Shown here: positions 46,654-56,298 of the stretch, piece by piece
Layout of the letters: the number at the start of each line of letters is the position of its first letter
How positions within the stretch are numbered: the first letter of the stretch is position 1
Source of the DNA: Vulcanimicrobiota bacterium
GTDB lineage: Bacteria; Vulcanimicrobiota; Vulcanimicrobiia; Vulcanimicrobiales; Vulcanimicrobiaceae
Reading direction: 5' to 3'
NCBI GenBank assembly: GCA_963695225.1
Contig: OY968762.1
Location: 1,152,001-1,216,000 of the forward strand
Length of the DNA: 64,000 bases
Made by a program: the position numbers and the translations under genes
Notes under the pieces: generated by a model
What the model was told of the DNA's origin: nothing
Database searches by the model: none
Seen by the model: the letters and a program-made list of their open reading frames with translations, nothing else

Positions 46654-48402
46654 CTAGAGCGGACGGCCGTCGTCGGAAGGGCCGAGCAGGAAGGGGCGGA
46701 GGAGCGGGATCGGCGGGGTACCGTGCGCGAGGAGCGCGTCGTGAAACTGCTGCAACGTGAACTGCGCGCCGAGCTTCTTGCGATAATCCTCGCGCAGTTT
46801 GAGAATCTCGAGTCTTCCCAACGTGTAGTATCCGTACGTCGGGTCCTGCGTCCCGCGCAGCGCTTCCAGGCGGGCGGTCGCCGCGGGCTGGAACGCGTTG
46901 CTGATGAAAAAACGCTCGGCTTGCGCGAGCGTCATCTTCCCCGTGTGGAGCTTGACGCCGACGACGAAGCGGGCCTCGCGCAGCAACGCGTCCTGCAACT
47001 GCGCGAGGCGCACGCGCGGATCTCCGTTCCCCCAGCCCTCGTCGACGATCATCTGCTCGTCGTAGTGCGCCCATCCCTCGATGAAGGACGAGCTGCCGAG
47101 AAGCTTGCGCGTCAAGCTGAGCGGCAGGTGCTTGTCGATCGCGAAGTTCGTGTAGTGTCCCGGGTAAACTTCGTGCGCCGACGTGAGCGGCCGCTCGAAA
47201 TCGTTGAAGTTCCCGCCGAGGAACGCTTCGCGCTCGGCCGCGGACCAGCTCGCGTTCGCCGGCGTCACGTAGTAATAGGCGCGCGTCGCGTGCGTCTCGA
47301 GCGGGCCCGGGGCGTCCATGCTCGCGACCTCGGTCTCGCGCAGGAACGGCGGCGTCAGCGTGACCTTGATGTCCGCGTCGTCCGGCAACGTGATCAAGTG
47401 CCGCTGCACGACGAACGCGCGGAGCCGCCGCAGATCCTCCTCGACGGCGGGGATCACCCCGGCGGCGGAGGGATGCTTGCGCCAAAGCTCCGCAAAGACG
47501 GCCTCCGGCGTCGCGTGGGGGTCGATCTCGTGCGCGAGCATGAGGACCTGGGAGCGCGTCTCGGCGAGCGCTCTCTCGCCGATCGCCAGGTAGTCGTCGA
47601 GCGGCATGTCGACGTGCTCTTCGTAACGCAGCATCGCACGATAGTTCTCCGCGCCGATCGCATACGTGCCGCGCGGATGCCGGACGAAGCCGTTCTCGAG
47701 CCAGCTCGCGTAGGCGCGCAACGCCTGCGCGGCGCGTGCGGTCGAGCGGGCCAATTCGGAGCGCAGCGCCGGATCGCGAACGTGCGGGAACGCAGCGGGG
47801 ACGGTCTGCGTGACGTACGCGATCGAACCCTCGGCATCGCGCGCCGCGAGCCCAGCCGTCGTGCCGTCGACGGAGGTCAGGTTATCCCGCGCTTGCGCGA
47901 AGAGCCGCGGGAACGCATGCTCGCGCGCGATCGCGCTCCGCATTCGCTCGGCCTCGGGGGCGAAATCGCGATCGATCAAGTCGGCGACCGAGCCTAACGC
48001 GATCTGCACGTAGTCGTCGGCGTGGCTGCGCCACACGAGCATGGTCTCGTCGGCGAGGAGCTTGTCGCGGATGTCGTCGTCGAGCAGCGCCGCGTCCAGC
48101 GCGCTCTCCGGAGGGAGGATCGTCTTGTCGATATCGCCGAGGCGATTCAGAAAGCCGTGCAGGTTCCCCACGTGCGCGGAGATCGCGGGCTCGGACCGGT
48201 CGTCGAGCAACGCGTCGTAGCGATGGTCGCCCCAACTCGTCGCCAAGCTCGGGCTGTACCGCAACTCGCCGGCGAAGTACTCGTCCGCGAGCGCTTCGAG
48301 CGCAACGACGCCGCTCTCGTGCGATTGTGCGAACGCACCGCTCGCAAACGACGTCAGGAGCGCGCACGACAACGCCGCCGCGCAAATCACACGCTGCATC
48401 AC
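46654..48402 (-). CDS. DUF885-family exported metallopeptidase-like protein
   Basis: Signal peptide, AHEVYPGH, EGWAHY, FHDALL..G. Confidence 0.9.
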   Translation of the reverse strand: MMQRVICAAALSCALLTSFASGAFAQSHESGVVALEALADEYFAGELRYSPSLATSWGDHRYDALLDDRSEPAISAHVGNLHGFLNRLGDIDKTILPPESALDAALLDDDIRDKLLADETMLVWRSHADDYVQIALGSVADLIDRDFAPEAERMRSAIAREHAFPRLFAQARDNLTSVDGTTAGLAARDAEGSIAYVTQTVPAAFPHVRDPALRSELARSTARAAQALRAYASWLENGFVRHPRGTYAIGAENYRAMLRYEEHVDMPLDDYLAIGERALAETRSQVLMLAHEIDPHATPEAVFAELWRKHPSAAGVIPAVEEDLRRLRAFVVQRHLITLPDDADIKVTLTPPFLRETEVASMDAPGPLETHATRAYYYVTPANASWSAAEREAFLGGNFNDFERPLTSAHEVYPGHYTNFAIDKHLPLSLTRKLLGSSSFIEGWAHYDEQMIVDEGWGNGDPRVRLAQLQDALLREARFVVGVKLHTGKMTLAQAERFFISNAFQPAATARLEALRGTQDPTYGYYTLGRLEILKLREDYRKKLGAQFTLQQFHDALLAHGTPPIPLLRPFLLGPSDDGRPL

Positions 48403-48466
48403 GCTCCGAGCCGTTCGGGCTCGGCCGCGCCGGTCCTCGACGCCTGCGCCGCGCTGCGGCGGGCGC

Positions 48467-48982
48467 TCAGTGCAGCTTGATCGTCACCGGGCCGCCCGCG
48501 GCGGCAGCGCTCGGCACGACCGCGACGCCCGCCGAATCCCGTTCGCTTCGCGCAGCCGTTGCGGCGGCGCGGGCGCGCGCCTGTTCCAGGCTCGCGTCGG
48601 AGATCGTTCCCGCGGCGCGTTTGGCGCGGTAGTCGTCAATCGCCGCGCGCAAGGCGGAGAGCGAACGCTGCGGATAGTCCTTCTTCTTCTCGGGGTAGCC
48701 GTCGAGCGCGGCTTCGATGTCCGCTTCGGAGATCGCGTACGCGGCATCGACCGTCTTTCCGCGCGCGAGGTCGACGAGCAGCGAACACGTCGCCGTTCCG
48801 AAGCCGCATCCCGTCGTGAAATAAGAAACGTCCTCGATCACGTCGCCCGGGCCGACCATGAGGAAATACGTGTAGAGGTCGCCGCACGAATCGCTGAAGT
48901 ACTCGCCCGTCGCCATCGGCGCTTCCATCGTTCGAAAGCCGGTCCGCTTCTCGACGAGCTCTTGGAATTTCGCGAAATTCAC
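48467..48982 (-). CDS. Atypical IscU/NifU-N-like scaffold protein
   Basis: SCGD and GCG motifs, ARGKTV; third Cys site reads YPEKKKDYP. Confidence 0.8.
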   Translation of the reverse strand: MNFAKFQELVEKRTGFRTMEAPMATGEYFSDSCGDLYTYFLMVGPGDVIEDVSYFTTGCGFGTATCSLLVDLARGKTVDAAYAISEADIEAALDGYPEKKKDYPQRSLSALRAAIDDYRAKRAAGTISDASLEQARARAAATAARSERDSAGVAVVPSAAAAGGPVTIKLH

Positions 48983-49650
48983 GGCGCCATCACCTCTTCC
49001 GGCACGGCCGCTCCAAGCGGAGCGTCCTCGCGAATCTCGAACCGGCAGGCTGAACCTCCGGTTGCAAGCGATTCGATCTGGAACGGCTTGTGCGGCATCG
49101 TCGAATCCATCGCCGCGTGGATCACGCCGCAAATCTCCGGATGTTCCGAGACCGTCTTGGCGTAGGGGCAGTTGTGCTCGCGCAACTCGAACCCGCCCGC
49201 GATGTCGATCACGTCGGCCTCGACGCCTTGTTCGCGCAGGATCGAAGCCAGCGCCTCGACCTTCGCACGTGAGCCCTTCCCGGCGGTGCGACGCTCGATG
49301 TTCACGGCCGAACGCTCGCCCAGGCGCGTGAAGATCGCCTCGACCGCTTCGGCGCCGTAGCTCTCGCGGATTTCGCGCAGCACCGCGTTCAGGATCCGAT
49401 CGTACTGCTGCGGGAAGATCTCTTCGCCCTCGGCCGTCAACGAATACTCGAACGTGGGCTTCGTCGGGCCGCGCTTGACCGCACGCTCGACGACATAGCC
49501 GTCGCGTTCGAGGAAGAGAAGCTGCTGGCGGACGGCGTTCGCGGAGAGGCCGAATTCCTCTGCGAGCTCGATCGCAGACGCACTACGCCGTCGCCGCAGC
49601 GCGGCTACGATCCGGCCGCGGGTCGTCTGAAAGAAGCGAGCGTCGTGCAT
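48979..49650 (-). CDS. sufR: SufR-like HTH transcriptional regulator
   Basis: N-terminal wHTH, FPQQY, HNCPY...IC...AC Cys set; divergent from sufC. Confidence 0.8.
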   Translation of the reverse strand: MHDARFFQTTRGRIVAALRRRRSASAIELAEEFGLSANAVRQQLLFLERDGYVVERAVKRGPTKPTFEYSLTAEGEEIFPQQYDRILNAVLREIRESYGAEAVEAIFTRLGERSAVNIERRTAGKGSRAKVEALASILREQGVEADVIDIAGGFELREHNCPYAKTVSEHPEICGVIHAAMDSTMPHKPFQIESLATGGSACRFEIREDAPLGAAVPEEVMAP

Positions 49651-49713
49651 CAGGCGGGTCCGAGCATCCTGCCGAAAAGATAGCATGGATAGCGAAGATA
49701 GTCCAGCATTTCC

Positions 49714-49753
49714 TTGACTTTCCCGGACCCGCACTTTACGATACCTGGTAAAG
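49714..49753 (+). promoter_or_regulatory. Sigma70-type promoter of the suf operon with overlapping palindrome
   Basis: TTGACT (49714)-N17-TACGAT (49737); CTTTAC-N8-GTAAAG at 49734-49753. Confidence 0.65.
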
Positions 49754-49803
49754 AAGCGCGCCGGACGGGCGCGCTCGTGTTGATTGAGAGCGAGCAGGAC
49801 ACG

Positions 49804-50574
49804 ATGCAGTTGGGTTTGCGGATCTCCGGCCTGAGGGCGAGCGTCGAGGGCAAGGAAATCCTCAAAGGGATCGACTTAGAGGTCGAACCCGGCACCGTGC
49901 ACGCGCTGATGGGCCCGAACGGAAGCGGGAAGTCGACGCTCGCGTTCGCCGCGACCGGGCACCCTAACTACGCCGTGACCGCAGGCTCCGTCACGCTCGA
50001 CGGTGAGGAGCTGATCGGGCTCGCGCCGGACAAGCGCGCGAAGGCGGGCCTGTTCCTCTCATTTCAATACCCGGCCGCGATTCCGGGCGTCAGCGTCGCG
50101 AACTTTCTGCGCGCGGCGAGCCAGGCGATCCGCCCCGGCGATCTGCCGCCCGCGACGTTCCGCAAGCTCGTCTTCGAGAAGATCGACATCCTGGGCATGG
50201 ACCCGTCGTTCCTGAGCCGCTACGTCAACGACGGCTTCTCCGGCGGCGAGAAGAAGCGCCTGGAGATGCTCCAGATGGCGATCATCCGGCCGAAATACGC
50301 GATCCTCGACGAGACCGATTCGGGCCTCGACGTCGATGCGCTCCGAGCGGTCGGCGATTCCGTGAAGTCGCTGCGCGAGAGCGAGGCCGGCAAAGACACG
50401 GGCTTCCTGATCATCACGCACTATCCGCGCATCCTCAAGCACGTCGCGGCGGACCGCGTCCACGTGATGATGGACGGCCGGATCGTCCTCTCCGGCGGCC
50501 CCGAACTCGCCGACCGCATCGAACGCGAAGGCTACGAGGCGATCCGCGAGGAGGTCGCGAGCGGTGCAGCTTAG
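49804..50574 (+). CDS. sufC: Fe-S assembly ATPase SufC
   Basis: GPNGSGKST, FLSFQYP, GFSGGEKKR, LDETDSGLD, ITHY. Confidence 0.96.
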   Translation: MQLGLRISGLRASVEGKEILKGIDLEVEPGTVHALMGPNGSGKSTLAFAATGHPNYAVTAGSVTLDGEELIGLAPDKRAKAGLFLSFQYPAAIPGVSVANFLRAASQAIRPGDLPPATFRKLVFEKIDILGMDPSFLSRYVNDGFSGGEKKRLEMLQMAIIRPKYAILDETDSGLDVDALRAVGDSVKSLRESEAGKDTGFLIITHYPRILKHVAADRVHVMMDGRIVLSGGPELADRIEREGYEAIREEVASGAA

Positions 50575-51877
50575 CGCTACCCTCCCGCCGGGCGTCTCGG
50601 CCGAGAACGTCGCGCGGGCGCTCGACGCGTTAGTCGCCGCGGGCGAGATCGACGCCGGCGAAGCCGGGGTCCGCCGCGAAGCGTATGCGCGCTCCGAAGC
50701 GATGCCCTTCCCGGCGCCGCCTTCCGCGCGCTATTGGAAGCACGATCCGAGCACGTACGATTGGCCGGCGGTCGAGATCTGCCGAGCCGCCCCGGCGCTC
50801 GGCGAGATCGCCTTCCCCGAGGGCGCTCCGCTCGTCGCAGACGCAGCCGCCCACGGGCGCAGCCGGGGGAATCTCGTGACCGCCGCCGTCGAGCCGCGGG
50901 CTCGCGAGCGCGGCGTCGTCGTCACGGACATGCGCACGGCGCGGGCCCGGCACGCCGGCCTGTTCGCCGCCGCCGGGCGGGCGCTCGAAAGCGCCCCTTC
51001 GAAGAGCGGGCTCTTGGCGCGCGCGCTCGCCCGCAACGGCGCATTCGTCTTCGTGCCGTCAGGGGTCGTGCTCGACGCGCCGATCCTTCTCGAGCACCAG
51101 ACCGACGGCGGAGATGAGTTCTCGCACTCCCTCATCCTGGCCGGGGCCGGCGCGCAGTTCACCGCGATCGAGCGGTTCTTCGGCGAAACGGACCGATTGG
51201 TATGCGCCTTGACGGAGATCGTCGCGGCGGACGGCGCGCAGGTCGGGTATGCGGCCGTCGCCGAGCACGGTGCCGCCGCGACGACGCTGTTCACGCGGCG
51301 CGCACTCTGCGGAGCCGGAGCCTCCGTCGAACTCTCCGTCGCCGATCTCGGGGACGCGTACGTTGCCGATTCGATCGTCTCGACGAATGGAGCCCCGGGC
51401 GGCCGCACCTCGCTCGCGGCGCTCTTCTTCACCTCCGGGGAACAGCACGTCGACCTGGCGAGCGAAGTCCGGCACCTCGTCGGAAACACGACCTCCGAGA
51501 CGGTCGTCAAGAGCGCGGGGATCGGCCGCGGGCAGGGCCGTTACGTCGGGAACATCGTGATCGCGGCGAATGCGCACGGCAGCGACGCCTCGTTGCGCGA
51601 CGACGTCCTGCTCCTTTCCAAGAACGCGCACGTCGATTCGATCCCGGCGCTCGAGATCGCGGCGAACGACGTGAAGGCGTTCCACGGCGCGACCGTCGGC
51701 TCGATCGACGCGGACGAGCTCTTCTATGCAGAGAGCCGGGGCCTCGCGCGCGACGAAGCGGAACGGATGATCGCGCTCGGCTTCTTCGAGCCTGCGATCG
51801 AGCGCTTCCCGACCGAGGCTTTGCGCGAGGCGATCCGCCGTTCGCTCGCAAGCAAGCTCGGCGGCGGGAAGTCTTGA
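50564..51877 (+). CDS. sufD: Fe-S assembly protein SufD
   Basis: SufBD beta-helix, PALEI..NDVKAFHGATVG, LFYAESRG. Confidence 0.85.
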   Translation: MQLSATLPPGVSAENVARALDALVAAGEIDAGEAGVRREAYARSEAMPFPAPPSARYWKHDPSTYDWPAVEICRAAPALGEIAFPEGAPLVADAAAHGRSRGNLVTAAVEPRARERGVVVTDMRTARARHAGLFAAAGRALESAPSKSGLLARALARNGAFVFVPSGVVLDAPILLEHQTDGGDEFSHSLILAGAGAQFTAIERFFGETDRLVCALTEIVAADGAQVGYAAVAEHGAAATTLFTRRALCGAGASVELSVADLGDAYVADSIVSTNGAPGGRTSLAALFFTSGEQHVDLASEVRHLVGNTTSETVVKSAGIGRGQGRYVGNIVIAANAHGSDASLRDDVLLLSKNAHVDSIPALEIAANDVKAFHGATVGSIDADELFYAESRGLARDEAERMIALGFFEPAIERFPTEALREAIRRSLASKLGGGKS

Positions 51878-53142
51878 TGGCGGGGAAGATCGCGAGCGAA
51901 AGCGCCGGCGAGCGCGCCGCCGCGCTCGCGCGGGATTTTCCGATCCTGCAGCATCCGACCTCGCGCGGGAAGCGCCTCGTTTACCTCGATTCGGCCGCGA
52001 CCTCGCAGAAGCCGAGAGCCGTCATCGACGCGCTCGTGCACTATTACGAGCACGACAACGCGAACATCCACCGCGGCGTCTACGAGCTCGCGCAGCGCGC
52101 GACCGATGCGTTCGAGGGCGCGCGCGCGAAGGTCGCGCGCTTCGTGAACGCGGCCGAACCGGCGGAGATCGTCTTCACGCGCAACGCGACCGAGGCGATC
52201 AACCTCGTCGGCTACTCCTGGGGGACCCGGAACCTCGGCCCCGGAGACGCGATCCTCTGCTCGCAGCTCGAGCACCATTCGAACCTCGTCCCCTGGCAGC
52301 TCCTGGCCGCGAAGACCGGTGCCGAGTTGCGCTACATCGAGGTCGACGAGCACGGCGTGCACCGCCTCGAGGATCTCGATGCGAAGCTGCGCGGCGTCAA
52401 GCTCGTCGCGCTCGCGCACGTCTCGAACGCGCTCGGGACGATCGCGCCGCTCGAAACGATCGTCCCGCTGGCACACGCGGCCGGGGCCGCCGTCCTGATC
52501 GACGGCGCTCAATCGACGCCGCACTTCGCCGTCGACGTCCGGAGGCTCGACGTCGACTTCTTCGCCGCGAGCGGGCACAAGATGTGCGGCCCGACCGGGA
52601 TCGGCTTCCTGTACGGCAAGCGCGAGCTCCTCGAAGCGATGCCGCCCTTCCTCGTCGGCGGCGACATGATTCGCACCGTCACCTACGAAACGACGACGTT
52701 CAACGAGCTGCCCTGGAAGTTCGAGGCCGGGACGAGCGCGATCGCCGAGGCGATCGGCCTCGGAGCAGCCGTCGACTATTTGGAAGCGGTCGGACTCGAT
52801 TGGATCTCGGCACACGAGCGCGCGCTCACCCGCTACGCGCTCGAGCGCTTGACGGAGCTGCTCCCGCGCGGGCTCGAGATCTACGGGCCACGCGACCCCG
52901 CCCTGCGCTCGGGCGTCATTTCGTTCAACTTCGCCGACGTCCACCCGCACGATCTCGCTTCGATCCTCGACACCGAGGGCGTGTGCGTGCGGGCCGGACA
53001 CCACTGCACGATGCCGCTGATGGAAATGATGGGCTGGCCCGCAACTACCCGGGCGTCGTTCTATCTCTACAATACCGAGGCCGACGTCGACGCCCTGATC
53101 GAGGCGTTGGCGAAAGCCGCCCGCCTGTTCAGGCTCGCGTAA
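51877..53142 (+). CDS. sufS: Cysteine desulfurase SufS
   Basis: YLDSAATSQKP, EHHSN, SGHKM (PLP Lys), RAGHHC. Confidence 0.96.
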   Translation: MAGKIASESAGERAAALARDFPILQHPTSRGKRLVYLDSAATSQKPRAVIDALVHYYEHDNANIHRGVYELAQRATDAFEGARAKVARFVNAAEPAEIVFTRNATEAINLVGYSWGTRNLGPGDAILCSQLEHHSNLVPWQLLAAKTGAELRYIEVDEHGVHRLEDLDAKLRGVKLVALAHVSNALGTIAPLETIVPLAHAAGAAVLIDGAQSTPHFAVDVRRLDVDFFAASGHKMCGPTGIGFLYGKRELLEAMPPFLVGGDMIRTVTYETTTFNELPWKFEAGTSAIAEAIGLGAAVDYLEAVGLDWISAHERALTRYALERLTELLPRGLEIYGPRDPALRSGVISFNFADVHPHDLASILDTEGVCVRAGHHCTMPLMEMMGWPATTRASFYLYNTEADVDALIEALAKAARLFRLA

Positions 53143-53198
53143 CAAAAGGCGAAAGGTCCGCCGGCCGCTCGACCGAATCGGAATCCCCCCAAAGCACT

Positions 53199-53600
53199 AT
53201 GGACGACTTCTACAAAGAGTACATCCTCGACCACTACCGCAATCCCCGGAACTTCGGGCATCTCGAAGCGCCGGACGCCGTCGCGGAGGATCTCAATCCG
53301 CTCTGCGGCGACCGTCTCTGCTTCGAGCTGAAGGTCGAGGGCGGCTGCGTGGCCGACGTGCGCTTCACCGGGAGGGGCTGCGCGATCAGCCAGGCCTCCG
53401 CTTCGATGCTCAGCGAATCGCTCCGCGGCAGGTCGCTGGAGGACGTCGTCCGCCTACCGGTCGCCACGGTCCTCGAAAACGTCGGGATCGGGATCACGCC
53501 GGCGCGCATGAAGTGCGCGACGCTCTGCCTGAAGGTCGTCAAGAGTGCGGCGCTCGGCGAGATCGCGAGCTGGCCCGAAGGCGAAGCTAGCGAGGCGTAG
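53199..53600 (+). CDS. sufU: SufU-type scaffold/sulfur-transfer protein
   Basis: DHYRNPRN, NPLCGD, GCAISQASAS, PARMKC. Confidence 0.9.
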   Translation: MDDFYKEYILDHYRNPRNFGHLEAPDAVAEDLNPLCGDRLCFELKVEGGCVADVRFTGRGCAISQASASMLSESLRGRSLEDVVRLPVATVLENVGIGITPARMKCATLCLKVVKSAALGEIASWPEGEASEA

Positions 53601-53612
53601 AACCCGCCCGCC

Positions 53613-55835
53613 ATGCTTGCGCGGGCGTACCGGGTTTTCGTCGCGAGCGCCTTCTTCGCGCTCGCGCTCTCGCTCGCGGCAGCAGCTTCGGATGCGCTCG
53701 CGGTCGTCGACGAGTCGGGCGCCGCGATCCGCGGCGCCGAAATCGAACTCCGCGATTCCACGGGGACGCACCAGCTCGGGCGGACGGACGCGGCCGGGCG
53801 CGTGGCCCTCCCCGAGGGCTTGGCGGGGGAGATCGTCGTACGCGCCCGAGGTTACGAGGATCTCCGTTTCCCGGCAGGCGAGCGGCCGGCGAGGATCGTC
53901 CTGACCCGGGCGCTCCCCACGGTCGGGAACGTGAGCGTCGCGACGGGGGCAAACGAAAGCCTCCACCGGCTCCCCGTCGCCGCTTCGAACCTCGATAGGC
54001 GCACGCTCGCGCTCAGCCCCGCGTCGACGTCGGACGGAGTCCTGCGTTCGCTCGCCGGGAACGACCGGACCCGCAGCAACAGTGCCTTCACGGCCTACGG
54101 CCAGCTCCGCCTCTCCTTCTCCGGCGCGGGGACCGACCGCGGCTCGATGTTCGTGGACGGCGTTCCGGCCCAGGACGGCTTCGGCGGCCAAGTCGATTGG
54201 GCAGCCTACCCCGTTTCCGAACTTTCGCGCGTCGAGCTCCTGCGCGACGGCGGCTCGGCGCTCTACGGGTCGGGCGGGATCGGCGGCGTGCTCGCCGCGC
54301 AAACCTTCGGGCCCTCCGACCCGGCGGCCGCGCCGAACGGCTCGCTCGACCTGGCGTACGGCAACCACTTCGCCCGCTCCGGGGCGCTGCGCTGGCGCGG
54401 GCCGCTCGGGCCGCGCCTGGCCGCATCGTTCGCGAGCGACCTGGGGACGATCTCCGCCTTCCAACTCCCGCCCGGCCACCAGACGCCGCTCGACACGGAC
54501 GCGACCTCGACGTTCGTGACGACACGGCTGCGGACGAAGTACGCCGGCGAGCGCTCGAGCTTCGAGGCCGGCCTGTTGGATTCGTACGACCGGCAAGCGC
54601 AAGGGCGTCCCAACTACGGCTTCGACCGGCGCCTCGACCAGGTCGACGCGCGTTTCGAACGGCCTGCCGGCGACGGGCTGTTCGCGCTCTCCGGCTTCGC
54701 CCGCTCGTGGCACGTCATGAACCTAGCGGACCAAGCTCCCGCGAAGCCCGGCGTCGTGCTCTACCGGCAAGAGGTGCCCTCGAACGACCTCGGAGCCGCC
54801 GTAGCTTGGCGGCAGGGCGATCTCGACCTCGAAGGCGACGTGCGTTCCGTCGACGGAAGCGCCGGCCAGACCGGCCCGACCGGGTTGCCGCAGAGTTCGG
54901 CTTCCGGGCGACAAACCGACGCGGGCTTCGGGCTCCAGGAACGCGTGCGCGGCCCGAGGCTCGAAGCGATCGCCGGAGCGCGGCTCGATGCGATCGTCTC
55001 GCGCGGCAGCTCGACGAGCTTCGCCTCCCCGGCGCCGACGACCGCGGCGATCTCCTCGGAGTACGCGAGCGCGTTCTCGCCGCGGCTGGCGGTGCGCTAC
55101 GACCTCTCGCCGAACGCTGCGCTCCGGGCCTCGGCCTCCGGGGGGTTCCGGGCTCCCTTCCTCAACGAGCTCCTGCGCTCGTACACGATCTCGGGGATCC
55201 GCTACCAGGGGAATCCCGCCTTGACGCCCGAGCACAGCCGGACCCTCGATGCGGGGCTCGACCTCGTGAGCCCGGGGGCGCGCCTGTCCCTCGGGTTCGC
55301 GCATACGGTCGTTTCGAACGCGATCGCATTCGTCACGCTCTCGCCGACGGTGCAGCAGCGCTCGAACCTCTCGCAGACGCAGACGGACGGCGTGACGCTC
55401 GACGCCGTTCGCTCGCTCGGCGCCTGTTCGAGACTCCGGGCCAGTGCGGTCGCCCAGTATGCCCGAGTGACGAACGGCTCCACCGGCAACCTTGGAAAGC
55501 GGCTCGCGTACGTCCCGCAACAATCGGCCTCGCTCGGCTACGAGGGGCGGCTCGGAGCCGGCGGGATGGGGCTCTCGCTCGCCTACCTCGGCCCGACCTA
55601 TGCCGACGATCTCAATCTGGACCCGCTCGGCGCGGCGCTCGTAGCCGGAATCCGCCTCTCGGCCCCGCTCGCGGGGGGCGCGAGCCTGACGTTGAGCGCG
55701 GAGAACCTCGCCGACCGCCTCTACCGCTCGACCTCCGATCGCCTGGGGCCGCCGGCGGCCGTCTCGCTCCGCTGGCGCGTCCCGCTCGGTGCGGCCGCGG
55801 CGCCCTCGCCGCCGGGGGAGTGCCTCCTGCCGTAA
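53613..55835 (+). CDS. TonB-dependent receptor with N-terminal carboxypeptidase-regulatory-like domain
   Basis: Plug motif RVELLRDGGSALYGSGGIGGV, FRAPFLNEL, GNPALTPE, ENLAD. Confidence 0.9.
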   Translation: MLARAYRVFVASAFFALALSLAAAASDALAVVDESGAAIRGAEIELRDSTGTHQLGRTDAAGRVALPEGLAGEIVVRARGYEDLRFPAGERPARIVLTRALPTVGNVSVATGANESLHRLPVAASNLDRRTLALSPASTSDGVLRSLAGNDRTRSNSAFTAYGQLRLSFSGAGTDRGSMFVDGVPAQDGFGGQVDWAAYPVSELSRVELLRDGGSALYGSGGIGGVLAAQTFGPSDPAAAPNGSLDLAYGNHFARSGALRWRGPLGPRLAASFASDLGTISAFQLPPGHQTPLDTDATSTFVTTRLRTKYAGERSSFEAGLLDSYDRQAQGRPNYGFDRRLDQVDARFERPAGDGLFALSGFARSWHVMNLADQAPAKPGVVLYRQEVPSNDLGAAVAWRQGDLDLEGDVRSVDGSAGQTGPTGLPQSSASGRQTDAGFGLQERVRGPRLEAIAGARLDAIVSRGSSTSFASPAPTTAAISSEYASAFSPRLAVRYDLSPNAALRASASGGFRAPFLNELLRSYTISGIRYQGNPALTPEHSRTLDAGLDLVSPGARLSLGFAHTVVSNAIAFVTLSPTVQQRSNLSQTQTDGVTLDAVRSLGACSRLRASAVAQYARVTNGSTGNLGKRLAYVPQQSASLGYEGRLGAGGMGLSLAYLGPTYADDLNLDPLGAALVAGIRLSAPLAGGASLTLSAENLADRLYRSTSDRLGPPAAVSLRWRVPLGAAAAPSPPGECLLP

Positions 55836-55848
55836 CCGGCTGCGGGCG

Positions 55849-56298
55849 CTAGATGCTGCGGCGCCCCTCGACGCAGACGCTCTGCACGTCGAACGCCGTC
55901 AATTCGATCCAGCGCTCGCCGCCGCGCTCCCGGACGAGCAGGTAGAGCGGGCGCGTCGCCGCGCCTTCCGGCGCGTCGATCGCGACGACCTTGCGGACCC
56001 GGACGTAGTCGTCCGCCTCACCAAGCTCCCGCGCCGTCTTCGGGAGGCGCAGCCGCTCGTCGTCCCACGCTCCGATCGCCCCGCCCTCGCGCGCGAGCCG
56101 CAGCCTCAACGCGGCCCCCTTCGGCGGCGGCGTCACGGCGAGCTTATCGTTCGTGGAGGTCATGATGCTCTGCAAGGCAGTGATGCGGACTTGTTTCTGC
56201 CCGCAGAAGGATTCGATGCCCGAGGGCGGCGCGAGCGGATGCTCGGCCCGCGCGCATGCCGCCAGCGCAAGAGCCGCCGCGGCGGCCACGACCCTCAT
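55849..56298 (-). CDS. Hypothetical lipoprotein
   Basis: MRVVAAAALALAAC lipobox; start overlaps upstream stop. Confidence 0.7.
   Translation of the reverse strand: MRVVAAAAALALAACARAEHPLAPPSGIESFCGQKQVRITALQSIMTSTNDKLAVTPPPKGAALRLRLAREGGAIGAWDDERLRLPKTARELGEADDYVRVRKVVAIDAPEGAATRPLYLLVRERGGERWIELTAFDVQSVCVEGRRSI

Noticed and set aside
46087..47997. 636-aa plus-strand ORF
   Set aside because: Off-frame to the methyltransferase and antisense to DUF885; no motifs
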